Assembly (NCBI RefSeq): GCF_009834535.1
Contig: NC_045697.1
Span: 10,790,001-10,854,000, forward strand
Length of the DNA stretch: 64,000 nucleotides
From: Camelus ferus
Lineage: Eukaryota
Direction: 5' to 3'
Shown here one piece after another: positions 1 to 12,414 of the stretch (the first letter of the stretch is position 1; every line of letters begins with the position of its first letter). The notes below the pieces were generated by a model. That model did not search any database and was not told where the DNA came from. It saw nothing but the letters and a program-made list of their open reading frames with translations. The translations under genes were made by a program, and so were the position numbers.

Positions 1-268
1 TCCTGTCTGGGCTTTATTCCATGGGTTTCGAAAGGACATCGACTCAGTTTGTTTCTGGAAGATGTAGCACAAATTGAATAATGTGCTTTTGATCCTAATG
101 TACCTGTTACAACTTAACTAAAATGGTCATGAGCAAAATCTTACTTCTAAAAGCATTTCTCTGGCACAGGAATATAGGACTGAAACTATTTTAAATAGGA
201 CCTACTGAAAATTGTATTTTGTCACAAGAAATGTTTTATAAAAGATCTTTTGTGGGTTCTGTTTATGT

Positions 269-274
269 AATAAA
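269..274 (+). promoter_or_regulatory. Candidate polyadenylation signal (AATAAA) of an upstream gene's 3' UTR
   Basis: AATAAA overlapped by TGTA (266-269) in AT-rich, repeat-free, UTR-like sequence. No transcript evidence, and the hexamer is common by chance. Confidence 0.2.
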
Positions 275-2524
275 AAGTCTATGAACATAAATCCATCCAT
301 GCGTTATTGGCTAATGGGACCTTTTCTTCATGATCAGATATAAAGTTTGTTTCATATTAAATTTTAAATTTCTGGAAAATTCCAAAATACTGATGAAAGA
401 GACTGTGGGGATGGCTTAGCAAGCTTTCCAGTCCAGATTTCTCTCTTTGAGGAGAAAGAACATTGTTCATTTTTCATTATCCCCAAATTACAAAAAAAAA
501 AAAAAAATAGACATACCATGTTTAGAAGGGTTTTAATCATCGGGTCAGTTAATTAACGAGAATCCACTTGCAGAATGAACTCAGACTTTCTAGTAAATTT
601 TGATAACTTTCAAAACCCTTCCTTATAATTGCAGCCAACAAAGGCTTTAATACTAGGATTTATGCAGCAGAGAAGATTGTATGTATCACTTGCTTCATGT
701 TACCTGCCCTTTCGGGTTTTGCCTTCCGGAATTTTTTATTGTCTTGTTTTTATTATTCCCTGGTGGTGAATTATTTATTGCTTCTTCTGGCCACTTATCA
801 AGTAGTAGTTGGTAGTCAGATTTTACATGCTATTTAGGATAAATTTTTACTTTCTTCTAGTGTTTCTGGGTAAACTCTCTTGGATCAAAATAACTGAATA
901 CTTTTTCTCTTGACTTCCATGCCCTTTAAGTTCTTCTGGGCGGTGATCATGCACTCCGCCCCTTGTAGTTAGCTTCCCTTCTGCTCATGAATCAGTGTTT
1001 CCATTCTAACAGTTTTTCTATTTCTCCTTTTTGTTTCTGAGATAGTTAAAAATGAATGTACTTCCTTGGGTCTTATAAACATCTATTTAAATTTTCTCCC
1101 TTCTTTTGCAAACTCAAGTTTCTCTCTCTCTTTTGTCTTTGTTACCAAAATGTGTTACAAATGCATAATAGATTTTTAGATTCTCAAAATAATCCTTTCT
1201 TTTAGGGTTTCTGCTATCCAGGTTTTAGAAATTTATTTATATGAGTTCAAGGCCTTGGATTTTCCAATTGCTCTTTTATAAGCATCTGTTACAGTCTCGT
1301 CTTCTTTTCAATAGTCTGAGTTTATGTTTATACGTAAAATCCTTCTGTTGTTTCTGACATTTTCTAATTTAGTATCAATTTCAAATAGTGAATGGCTTTT
1401 ACTTCATCTTCCATATGGATGCTTAAAAAACACTATAACTTAGACGTAAGGTTTCATGGAGGAGAACAGTACTGTGGCTAATTTTTCAAAATAGCAATAA
1501 AAAGAAAACATTTATTGTGTCTTTAGCAAGCATTATTTTCTTGGGACAGTTTTATCCTCCTAATTATGCTTTGCCTAAGCTGATGCTAGCATTGATTCAC
1601 ATGCCCGTGAGCTTATGCCCACTGATGACAGATATATGCTGGGGTTAAAAACATGGCATGGCTAATTCACACATAAATGTCTGATTGCTAAGGAAATTGA
1701 GGCTAAATCAGACGCTGGTCACTTTTTGTCATCTCTTTGCTTTCACTCTAACCTTTCATCCATATTCTTAGCTCTGTAATAACACCAAATATATAAATAA
1801 AAATTCATTTCTAGTGCTGCAAATCATTTTTAAATACTCAATATTTATTATGCTGGGATTTATGATCTGGCATGGTTAGCTAGATACCCCTTTTCTGGAT
1901 GATATTAAGTTTCATGCAATTTGATTTGATTTTTACAAGCTTGTTAATGCTCTTTATAGTTTCTAGTTTATCTTGGTGCAGACAATAAAATCAATCTTGT
2001 ACAAGTAATTACAGGTTCAAAAATAAGTTGATTCCACTGAGTTTGGGCAACTTAATGTTCACTCTAAATCTTCTGCCATTTGTTTCCCTTTAACATTTTA
2101 ATAATGTTCCATAGAGCAAGTCTAATTGGTATGATATGGTCTCTTTGCTGGCATTTTATAGTGTTTTGTTTCATGGAGAGTAGTGTAATTGGCTTTTCCT
2201 TTGAAAGCAAATAATTTTCTTTGTATTTGTAAAGATTGTAAGGGTATATATTTTTTAAATAGCATGCCAGCCAAGATCTGTTTTCTTCTGAGTCTATAAT
2301 TTTTTAACTAAATTTTCAGATAGGCAGTATCCGTTAATTCTTAAGGGACCTATGCAAGCACACAGGTGGATTCACCCATGCAAACATTTACTTCTAGCTA
2401 ACAGATGGTTTTCTCAAAACAGATTTTTTTTTTTTTTTTTTTTTGCTTCTATGCCAAAGTGGGTAACATTTGTTTGGGACAAGACTCTACAATCTAATAT
2501 CAAGTGTCTAGAAAATGTCTTCAG

Positions 2525-2710
2525 ATTGAGAGGCAGCAGATTGAATGGAGAAAGCTGTACACTTGGAGTCAGGAAGCCTGAGTTAGGATTCTGTGTGGCC
2601 ACTTACTTACTGGTCATGATTCTTGGGATGAGCTCTGGGTCTTAGTTCCCTGATCCATATAGCAGAGGATGGCCTAGATTGTCTCAAAGTTTCCTTTCGG
2701 TTCTAGAATT
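2525..2710 (+). mobile_element. MIR-family SINE, degenerate
   Basis: ttggagtcaggaagcctgagtt...gccacttacttactgg...cttagttccctgatc resembles the MIR core. Confidence 0.55.
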
Positions 2711-2869
2711 AGGAGATTTTAGGTACCTCTTAGGGTATTTTAAGCTGAAGTTAAATGTTGACCTGGCATAAGCTTGTAATATTTCTCTCCTGGTGAACTC
2801 AAGTTCCCTGTTCTAAATTATAACATTTACCTTAAATTGCTTCCCTTTAATCAACAGACTTTAATATTT

Positions 2870-3080
2870 CTTATTCAGCAACTATTTGTTGAATATTTTT
2901 TATGTGTCAGGTACTATACACAGCCCTGGAGTAACAAAGAAAAATGAGGTGTGTTTCCTGTCCACAAGTGATCACACTGCAGTGTGGTAAGTGTCACAGT
3001 AGAGGAACAAATGAGGTGTCGCGGTAGCTCAAAGGGGAGACCGAGTCATTCTGCTCTGGGGGAACAGCTTAGAAGGAAGT
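2870..3080 (-). mobile_element. L2 LINE 3' end fragment
   Basis: attcagcaactatttgttgaatatttttt...tgtcaggtact matches the reverse complement of the L2 3' terminus. Confidence 0.5.
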
Positions 3081-4349
3081 CGCAAGTGGAATGAGGAGTT
3101 AGGAGATTAAAAGGTTGCTAACACTACCTCTCGGCTCTCTTGACAAGTTGAAGAATAATTCATAGCTTTTTTTGAACCTCCTGTATTGTGAGATTCGCTT
3201 GCACTTCTACCCACAGTAGTTCAGTAGAACAGTTAGAAAGTTGGTCTGTGTTTATGGGCATTTACTGTGTACTGTCTTATTCTAAATGCCCAAGTCCCAC
3301 ATCTAGTTAAGAACTTTTACCAACATCTTCTCTTCTGAAAATTTATCTCAATATAACATTTGTAGAACAAACGTTTTTAAAAGTTTGTCCTGTTTGGCTG
3401 TAAGACAAAGGATTAGACTTTTGACAGGGACACACGGATAGAGTTTAACAGTAAGCAATGCATTCTTCACATACAGAATATCACATTTCACCTCAGAATC
3501 TCGAATCTCAGATCATTTCAGTCTATTGAAAGGGTGAAATGGGATGATGGCCTGGAAATGGGTTTTTGTTAACTTCGAAGTTCTGGATTGTTTTGAATAA
3601 CTCTAATAATTCTAAAATCAGAATACACTATTAAAGTTTATGTCTGCATCTCCACCCTCTCCCCCTACAATTATGGGGAGTAAGAACTGTACGTCAACTT
3701 GGAATCAGGCTGTTTTGAGCCATTTAATTTAGACACTTATTATTTTAATATAAGCACTTTTACTTTGGCAGTCAGCACACAATTTTAATTAGCACTCGGA
3801 ACACAACGGAATAGGTGCATGAGGTACAAGACAGGAAGAAATATGTTCATAATGGCCCGCCTGCCTGAGGACTGGCAGCATCCAAGAAGGACGCTTTCAG
3901 CATAATGCTCAGCGCTGCTGAGAAATCATCCTCACTGGCACTTAAACGCTTATACATTTAATCACTTCAGTGTTTTGAAATGTCAAAACATTGGCATTAG
4001 CTGCTTTGTCATCCAAACTACACGCAGAGAGAATATTAATTTCTTAAGCTGATTCTGATGCAGTGACTGATACATGAGAAAACTAAGCTCATTTTCTACA
4101 TCGGCCCAGGATCCGCTTCCCAACTTTGCCAGTCAAGCTTTTACTCATCCTTAAACCCTAGTGGGAATGTCCTTCTCACAGTCTTCCCAAAGCTCCCTTC
4201 CCGCCACGGCCGCTCTCTCTTCCGTATATGCCCACTGTCCATGCACCTGCGACTGCGTGACCATACTGTGTTCCTAGTCTTTAATGCATCATTCTCCCTG
4301 TTGACTCTCAGTGCCGTATTTGTAGGAATTGTCTCCACATCTGTATTTT

Positions 4350-4411
4350 TTTTTGTTGAAGTACAGTCAGTTACAGTGTGTCAATTTCTGGTGTACAGCA
4401 CAACGTCCTAG
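4350..4411 (-). mobile_element. Very short (~60 bp) 5'-truncated young L1 3' end
   Basis: T-tract then gttgaagtacagtcagttacagtgtgtcaatttctggtgtacagcaca, matching the other L1 3' ends in this window. 14-bp TSD at 4336-4349 / 4412-4425. Confidence 0.8.
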
Positions 4412-4449
4412 CATGTCTGTATTTTGGTTGCATCTAATTAAAAGACATC

Positions 4450-4620
4450 ACATGGTGAAATGAAGAGAATATGCGCTTTATAGTTAAACTGTTATGAGTT
4501 TAATCTTAACTGCTACTTACTTTCAATGGGCACTTGGACAAGTTACCTAGCTTCTTTGTGCTTCTTTAAATGAGGGTAGTAATACCTGCTGGGCAAGATT
4601 GTTGTGAAGATTAAATATGA
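4450..4620 (+). mobile_element. MIR SINE
   Basis: cttggacaagttacctagcttctttgtgcttc...taatacctgc...ttgttgtgaagattaaat resembles the MIR core and 3' part. Confidence 0.6.
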
Positions 4621-5330
4621 TCCATCCATCCATTTGACAAATACATAGAGAGGTCCTATTACACGTCAGCCACTGTACTTGGTATGAAGAAATACAATGG
4701 TGAACAAGACATGAGTCTTGCCCTGAGAACTTCATAATTCTTGAAGACAAGAAAACAGACGATTGCAATATAATTCTTGAAGAACAAGTAGGAATTCACC
4801 AACACAGCGATTCTTGGGGTTGGGTGAAGGCAGCAGGGTTTGGGGGAGTAGGGAAAGTGTGTAGGATGCTCCTCAGGCAGAGAGAGGATGGCAAGTCAAG
4901 ATGCAGAGAGAGGAATCATCTGGCAGGGGCTGTGGGGTTGAGGCTGTGGATGTAAACACCATGAGGGGCCATGCCAGCCAGGCACGGGCAGAGGGAACCA
5001 TGAAGAATGTACGACCAGATGTGCATTTCAGGAAGAGCTCCTTCCTTGGCAGCGTATGGAGTGGTTTGACATAGAGGAACCAGTATGACCAATTAAGAGG
5101 CTGTTGTCTAGAGGTGACGGTGGCCTCCATAGCAGGAATCACAGTGGGAATGGGATGATGATGACACGAGAAAGACTTAGGAACCAGAAAAGGCAGGATG
5201 TGATCAGGTGTGGCTTGTGGGGAGAGGAGTCTGGCAGAGGAGACAGAAGTGGTTTGGGATGTAGGTAGGCAAGGAACAGCGAGTCCAGTATGGAAACTGG
5301 CCCTGGGTCTCAGGTAACCATGGGGAGGGT
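4621..5330 (-). mobile_element. L2 LINE fragment(s)
   Basis: catccatttgacaaatacatagag... (L2 tail, reversed) followed by purine-rich L2-like body (accaattaagaggctgttg..., gagacttaggaa...). Confidence 0.55.
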
Positions 5331-5844
5331 GGGACACTTTTATGTCATTGTTTTGAGCTCTTGTGTATTTTGACCCTGCTGGTTTTTTGTTTTGGAACAC
5401 GGATGTCAACACTGATGAACTTTGTGGCAAAGTTTCATTCTAGGGTGGGCTCCTCTGAGGCCCTTTCACTCCTGATCCATTTTCCATACAGCATATTAGA
5501 ACTGTTTCCAGTTGTCTCCACTTTCATTTTTGTTTTACCAACATTATTTCCATCAGGATAAAATCTTGTGTACGTTACAAAGAAGGCTTGATTTTTAAAT
5601 TTCTTTTTCTTCATCTTTGTCAAATTTTTACAGATTATAGCTTTTTCCATGGCAAGTTTCCTTCTAAAACCACTGTTTTTGCCATATCAGATTTTGTACA
5701 TGTACATTTTTATCGAATCTTTTTCGTTTTTCATTAATCTGTGAGCAATAAATTTTTTTTTTTACCATTTTCTGTTTTTGCTATTGTCCATTGTAGTTTA
5801 CTTGTCTTTTTTTAACCAAGCCCAATATTTTCCTAAAACAATCT

Positions 5845-6014
5845 TTGCTGTAGCACGGGGAAATACTTACAGTATCTTGTGGTGGCTCACAGTGAAAGAG
5901 AATGTGACAATGAATGTATGCATGCTCATATATAACTGAAAAATTGTGCTCTACACTGAAATTTGACACAACATTGTAAAATGATTGTAACTCAATAAAA
6001 AAAGTTTATAAAAA
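5845..6014 (+). mobile_element. 5'-truncated young L1 3' end
   Basis: ctgtagcacgggg...ttgacacaacattgtaaaatgattgtaactcaataaaa plus A-tail, homologous to 31631-32072. Approximate TSD aaaacaatct (5835-5844) / aaaccaatct (6015-6024). Confidence 0.8.
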
Positions 6015-6129
6015 AAACCAATCTACCAATCATATGTGATCCTCAAGTCAGCTTTTTCATCTATAACAGGTTTTACTATATATCGTTTTGGCCCTTGACA
6101 GTTTCATTCTGGTCCTTAAATCAAACTGC

Positions 6130-6850
6130 CTCCCAATGACAGAATCAAAATGGGGTATTTCAGCCCACTGAGGGCCAGTGGGAGGTGTCCAGGAAGTAGG
6201 GTATGTATGCAGGTAGGGTGATTTGAAGAGAAGTTGGAGTCAAATATAGATTTGGGAGTCATTTGCATCTGAATGTTGAGGGCAAGAGAATGGTGACATC
6301 TCACAGAAGGGTATATAGCCTGAGAGAACGGCCTCCAGGAAAAAACTGGGAGGAGCACCAACATTCCAGAAAGATGTGGGCTGAGGAGGAGGAGTCCGTG
6401 AAGGAGAGGCAAGAGGGGGGAGGACACCCACGGGAGGGCACTGTCATGGAGGTCAGGTCAAGGGAGAGCAGTGGTCAGTGTCGATGGACGCTGCAGAGGG
6501 CATGTAGGATACATACTGAAACGTGGCCTTCAGATTTGGCAGCAATGACACCATCACTAGCCTCAGTGAGAGCCGCCTCACCAGTGGGGAGAGACCCACC
6601 CAGCTGGGTGTACTCACAAGAGGCGTGAGATGGAAGTGAAGACCTGGAGATGGTTGCACAGCCAACACTGCTGTCAGAGGGGAGCTTGTCTGCCTATTCA
6701 CTGGCTGATTTATTTATTTCCATTTAGCAGGAGAGAGGCTTGAGCATTGTTAAGTGCTGATGGGTTGGAAGGAGAGGATGAACACACAGGAGAGTTGGAA
6801 TGGGTCCCCAAGGTCACAGTGGGACCACAGTCCTTCCCAGGAGGTGGCTT
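6130..6850 (-). mobile_element. L2 LINE body fragment
   Basis: gaggtgtccaggaagtag...atagatttgggagtcatttgcat...gatttggcagcaatga...cactag is typical reversed L2 ORF2/3' region. Confidence 0.6.
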
Positions 6851-7329
6851 CTGTTGTCAGTCTTGCTGCCTAAAGCTCGCTATCCAGTGAGTCATCAGCA
6901 GCCAAGTCCCCAGGGGATGTAACCATAATAAATAAATTGGCCCATCCAGTTGGGCTTCTACTGTGTCCGTTACTGTTCTGATTCCTTAGTGGCATGGAGC
7001 TCTGCCTTGAACAATCACTATTTGATTAACAAAATCCTTAGTCAAGGGGATTTTATCTGCTGTCCCTAAACCCATGATACTGTCATCTGCCCGGACCTGC
7101 CTTTGAGAAAGTTCTGTGGCCACATATTGCCCACGACATTGGATATACTTTGATGCCCTTGCTGCCTGGTTGTGAGCGGGGGGTTGGGACATCAACTTAG
7201 TTCCACCAGGCACAGGGCAGGGCGCTACGACCCTGCCCACTGCCCGCTGCCTTCCATTTGTGCTCAGACTGCACAATACGTGTGTACGGGCAGTAGCCAG
7301 CACACATCACCTGTCCATCCACTGAGCTC

Positions 7330-7480
7330 CCCCAGCCATCCACCCATTTCTTCCCTTCCTATCTGTTGGATGCTTACCTGTACCAAGCACCATGGTGAGC
7401 AGTGGGGTTAAAACGCGTAGAGACCCAGTCCCGGCGCTCTCGGAGCTCACGGTCTGGCAGGTGAGTTAGTTGTTGCAATA
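7330..7480 (-). mobile_element. L2 3' end fragment
   Basis: tgttggatgcttacctgtaccaagcaccatg...gacccagtcccggcgctctcggagctcacggtctgg resembles the reversed L2 tail. Confidence 0.5.
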
Positions 7481-9354
7481 ATGTGTGAAAGGTGGACGAG
7501 CTGGCGAGCCAGTTAGCCTAGCTAGGCAGGGACCAGTAGGTGGCCTTAATTATTGTTGCTTTTTATTGGTAGAACCTATAATAATCTTAAAATCTTAAGA
7601 AAGCAATTGAACATATGAAATGCACGCTCCTTATCCTAATGTAATCATTTCACTTGCCAGTTCACACAGCTCCAAAGGTTACCTTTGTTTTATGAAGTTG
7701 GACAGGTTTCAGGACTGCTATTACCTTAAAGAAAACACGTCTCCTGTAGCTACTGAGATTGTCTACCGAATCTCCAGGATGTTGAAGAAACCGTGTTCTC
7801 TTTGAATCCCTGATATTTACAGCTAGCATCCCCTTCCACCCCGTCCCTGTTCTGACCTTTTTGTTTTGTTTTGGTTTTGCCTGTCAGGACAAAGTGCAGG
7901 ACAATTTTGTTGGCTGTTCCTGAGTCAGGCATATTTGCTTGCCCTTTGTGGAATTCTGGGCACACAAATTAAATAAAGGTGGACCGAGCAGTCCTGACCC
8001 CTCTCTGACAAGCTCTCCAAGCCTCTGCCTTGGCTTGCTGCTTCCAGATCCCCCTGACATGCCGTGGCCTCTGGATCCCAACGCTGGCACTCTGAGTGGG
8101 TCGGACACTGCAGTGGGACAGGCAAGGGTCTGGGGGAGCCCAGGGAAAGCTTTGTTTCCCTGCACTCAGCCAGTGTTTCCCTTGGGGTATGTGTGTCTAA
8201 TTAGGTTGGGAGAGAATCAGAGATATTGGGCCTATATCTCATCCCCAAAATTGACGTGGGAGATAAACATTACATGAAAATGACCTGTAGACTAATATAA
8301 TACTAACTTTAGCCTCACGTTACAGTAGGCTGTCAGAAAAAGGAAAGCAAAAGAAATCCTCACCCCTTTCCAGGGCTCACTCTCTTCCTGACATGTGTCA
8401 CAGCTCCCGGATTTTGTCCCCTGCCAGAGAGTGGGTGGGGTCTGCTCTGGGCTTTGTTTACAGTCCGTCTTCACAGGTCTCCCTCTGCACGGTCCTCTAC
8501 ACCACGTGGGTCTCACTCCGTTTCCCTGCTTGGAGCACAGGACTGGGGCTGGGCTCTGCCTGGAGGGGCCTGGCCACGTGGCCATTCCTGGCACAAGTCT
8601 TCTACTCTCTGCGGGGAATGCTGGATGGATCCTCTCATTCGTGGGACCCCAGATGTCATCTTCTCTCTCTACTTCCCCCTTTCCTGGTGCGGGGGGTGGG
8701 GCAGTGAGTGTTGGACAGACGGGCCTTTGTGTTCCACCCTTTACATCTGCTCCCTGAGGCAGTGAACACACAGGTACCTCCATGCTCCAGTGGGAGGGGG
8801 AGTAGAGAGAAAAAGAGGGGCAGCCCTGGAGAAAAAAGACATGGTTTAGTGTCCTAATTTGGTGTCCTGCCACACAAGCAAAAACAAAACAAAACAAAAC
8901 AAAGAAACCTAATAGAGAAGAGCATCTCCCCCAAATATTTAGAAAAATAATTCTAACCTTAAAAAAAAGTATTGGAGAATGACAAAGGTTTCTGGCACGA
9001 TTGAAGGAGACGTCCTTGCCGGCCAGTGGTGGAGGTGGTTTGGAGAAGTGATGTCTTGCCATGATGCTCCTCCCTTCCTGCTCTCTGGTCACTTCCTCTT
9101 GGCTGCTCTCTTCTTGAGCCATATTGTCTCCCCTTCTCGGTCCCCTCCCCATCTTTCCCCGCCACTGTCCTTCCCTCTCATCTTATATACATCCTAGAAA
9201 GCCATTTATAAAGGACTGGCCAGGCCCTGGTTGGTCCCCCTACTTTGGGGGTTTGCTCAGAGGGCCATATACCACAACTGGATGTCTCCCTGTGGATTGC
9301 TTCTGCAAAATAGCTCTCTTTTTAATTTCCACATGCATGAGATATTTTCATTGA

Positions 9355-9790
9355 TTTTTTTTTTTTACATTTAATTATACTTTTTGAAGGTAAGATCTGT
9401 GTGATCCCAAAGTCAAGATTAGACAGCTGTTCCTCAGGCCCCGCTGCTTCCATCCGTGCCCTCCACCCTGTTTGCCTCCTGCTGTCCGCAGGTAGCTAAT
9501 GTTGTTTCTGGTTTACTCTTCCAATATTTCTTTTCACAAATATAAGAATATATATAGGAAAGGTGGCTTATGACTTCCCAGTTTGCACCTTGCTTTGTGC
9601 ACGTGATGTATTTCAGTGTCCACACTGTGCATAGGAGTCTTCCTCATCTTTCGCCAAGTCTGAATATACACAATTATGGGAACGTATCGTCACCTATAAT
9701 ATTCATAGACATTTGGATTGGGTCTAAATGTCTGCCATTATAAATAATGACACGATGAATAGTCTTTTGCATTTGTCCATGACTTTCTTT
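9355..9790 (-). mobile_element. Old L1 (L1ME-like) 3' UTR fragment
   Basis: T-tract start; tgcaccttgcttt..., agacatttggattgg...gccattataaataatgacacgatgaatagtctt resemble reversed L1ME 3' UTR. Confidence 0.55.
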
Positions 9791-10261
9791 CAGTAAAAAC
9801 AGGTAGGGTTGAGGGGAGGAGGGCAGTGGGGAGGGGGAAGAGGAGATGAAGAGAGAGAGATGCTGACTTTTTAAAAAGATGGTCCCTTGGACAAAAACAT
9901 TTTTGAAAGAAGCCCTGAATGCTCTTGGGAATTAGTTAACATTCCAAAGTGTCCTCTCTTCCCGATGGATTTGGGCCGTGTGAGAGGACCCTGAGAGCTA
10001 CCCCAGTCTGTCCACAACCACTGAATTCATGGAGACCCAGATCTGCTTGGAAGTTTGGATTTGTCCTGGCAGGTGGGACTGACCTTCAGCTACTTTAGCA
10101 AGTCAGGGTTTCCATGGTGCTGGGAAGCCTCCTCTCCAGCATGTTCTCTTGATTTTTAACTGACTCCTTTGATAGGAAGAAGTCTCTCATTTACGATCAC
10201 AGACGCCTAGTAAGAAAGAACTCACTGGCCTTAGTGTGTCAATGGCATCTGTCCCAGGCAC

Positions 10262-10440
10262 TTTTTTTTAAATTTAAATTAAAAAAAAAATTGAAGTTTA
10301 GTTGGTTTACAATGTTGTGTTAATTTCTGGTGCACAGCATGGTGATTCAGTTATACATATATGTTCCTTTTCATCCTCTTTTTCTTTATAGCTATTACAA
10401 GGTGTTGAATATGGTTCCCTGTGCTCTACAGTAGGACTTT
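10262..10440 (-). mobile_element. 5'-truncated L1 3' end
   Basis: ttgaagtttagttggtttacaatgttgtgttaatttctggtgcacagc...gttccctgtgctctacagtagga; homologous to 42705-42930. Confidence 0.8.
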
Positions 10441-10799
10441 CTTGAGAACACACTTGATAGAGCAAAGGACGGAGCAAGTGTGACGATGCGAGGGGGGAAG
10501 ATGGGAGAGGGAGGAAGGGGAGGGAACGTTTTACCAGGATACGTCCTAATCCCTGCCAGCTTCGCGTGTCTCACACATAGATGGTATTTTCACCAAGGGA
10601 GCTGCTATTCCCTCTCTAATCAATTCAAATCCCCTCCCCTTGGTTCACCGAAACTAGGAACCTCAGTTATTTATACTATCTCATCTTCCCACCTAGTCAC
10701 CCTGCAAAACAAAAAATGTTTGTTTTGTCCCCCCTTCTCTATTCCAGCTGTTGTTGCCCTAGGACAGACCCTCAACATTTTTCCCCTGGAGGAGTTCAG

Positions 10800-11035
10800 A
10801 ACAGGGGAGCAGAAAAGCCTGCCAACCCCGGAGCCAGACTTCCGGGTTTAATTCCCTGCTCTGGGCTTACTAGCCCTGACTCCCTGGACAACTTACCCCC
10901 TGCGCCTTAGTTTCCTCCCATCATTTGAGATGCACGATAGTATTGGTCACATTCAGCCGTAGTGAGGATCAAGTGAAATAAAATGTGGCAAATGCTTGGA
11001 ACAGTGCCTGGCATGTACTAAGTACACAATAAGCA
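10800..11035 (+). mobile_element. MIR SINE
   Basis: ggagccagacttccgggtttaattccctgctct...cttactagc...gccttagtttcctc...gaacagtgcctggcatgtactaagt. Confidence 0.7.
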
Positions 11036-11039
11036 CTAG

Positions 11040-11560
11040 AGATCATTTCAAAAGCCTCCTAACTGGTTTCACTGCTTCTCACCGCTCCCTCTCCATTCCT
11101 CTCTAATCTCGTCCCCACGTGGTGGGCAGGTGGGTCTTCATAGTCCATATGAACAAGACACTTCCCCCTGGAACCACTTCCACGATCCTCTGGACCTCCT
11201 CAAGCTGATTCCAAGCCGTCTTCCCAGTCTCATCCCCTGCCTCAGCCCTGCAGGAGTCTGGGCTTCCCTGGTCCAACCACAGCCACCTGCGTCCACATCT
11301 CTGCCACGGGGCTCTCCACTGCGATCTCCTTCTTTCTTCTGTTCTCCTTGGTAATCCACTCCGCACTCCTCCAGATCAGATGTCATAAGCTCAGTGACAA
11401 CTTTGCTGACCTTCCTCTCCTCATTACAAGTCATGTTGATTGCTTTCTTTCCTGCGGTCCCACGGCCATTTGTACAGCCCTCCAACGTAGCCCACTGGCC
11501 CCAGCAGTGAGGGCACGTCACCCATGCCCCCCTGGAGGGGGACGCCATGCCCTTCCTGCC
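11040..11560 (+). mobile_element. L2 LINE fragment(s)
   Basis: agcctcctaactggtttcactgcttc... and pyrimidine-rich L2 ORF2-like sequence. Confidence 0.4.
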
Positions 11561-12379
11561 CATCTCGGCTCCCACAGGAGTTCCTCGTGACCAGATCCCC
11601 TTCTCCCTTCACTCACGGTGTCACACATTCCTCTTTGTGGCACGTGTCACCGTCCCTAAAGGAATTGAAGGACGTGTGCTTTATTTTGTGCATACAAGGG
11701 GTCGGGAAAGAAAAAGAGAGGAATGAGTTTGGGGGGAAGGGCAGAGCTCTAAGAGCTAAATGATCTGGTTGCTGTACCCTGTGTCTGCCCCCACAACTTT
11801 CAGAAACTTACTAATACAAGGGTCAAACTCTGGGAGGTTCCTACGCCAAGGATTTGCTGCCCTCTTCTTCCTATGCGCCCTTCCTTCCCTGTGGCAGTTG
11901 AGAGAGGGCAGAATAAAAGCCTCTGAAACCATGAAAACTGATGTGATTTTATCCTGTTGTCCTGTATGGAGACGAGGGTCCCTACCTTGTGGCTTTTCAC
12001 TCTGATGCGCTTGTTTTAACAATGTAGCGCTAGGCTCAGCTCTGAATTGTTGCTGCTCTACGTTGGGTTCTCATTCCCTTTCAGGAAAAAATCTGCTAAA
12101 TCCAACTGTGTTGGTTTGGGATGGCCAGAAGCAGAGCCTGAGGCGGGGACTGTTATGACAGTGATGACTGAGGGAGGGCTCCCAGGAGAAGGGGAGTGAG
12201 AGGACTGGAGCAGGGAGGAGAGGAAAGCCCGGCATGGATGTGTAGGGTATTGAAAGGATGATGACCTCAGAAGACAAAGACACTTAGCGAAAGTGAAGCA
12301 GCAGACATTCGTTTTTTGATAGTCTAGGGTCTATTTAAAAGACCAGAGCTATGCTATGTCCAAATCCAGGTCTAGCAGA

Positions 12380-12414
12380 GGGGGTATAGCTCAGTGGAAG
12401 AGCATTTGACTGCA
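12380..12414 (+). pseudogene. Tailless retropseudogene: 5' half of tRNA-Cys(GCA)
   Basis: gggggtatagctcagtggaagagcatttgactgca matches nt 1-35 of mammalian tRNA-Cys-GCA as I recall it (one mismatch in the D-loop) and stops at the GCA anticodon. No tail. Flanked by caaatccaggtctagcaga (12361-12379) and caaatctaggtctagcaga (12413-12431). Confidence 0.88.

Noticed and set aside
4873..5430. 185-aa minus-strand ORF
   Set aside because: Lies mostly within a decayed L2; Ser/Pro/Thr-rich with no protein motif.
8292..9152. Longest ORF in the track (286 aa, minus strand)
   Set aside because: No recognisable domain, runs through a simple repeat (FFVLFCFVF), and has many overlapping ORFs in other frames, as expected for GC-richer non-coding DNA.
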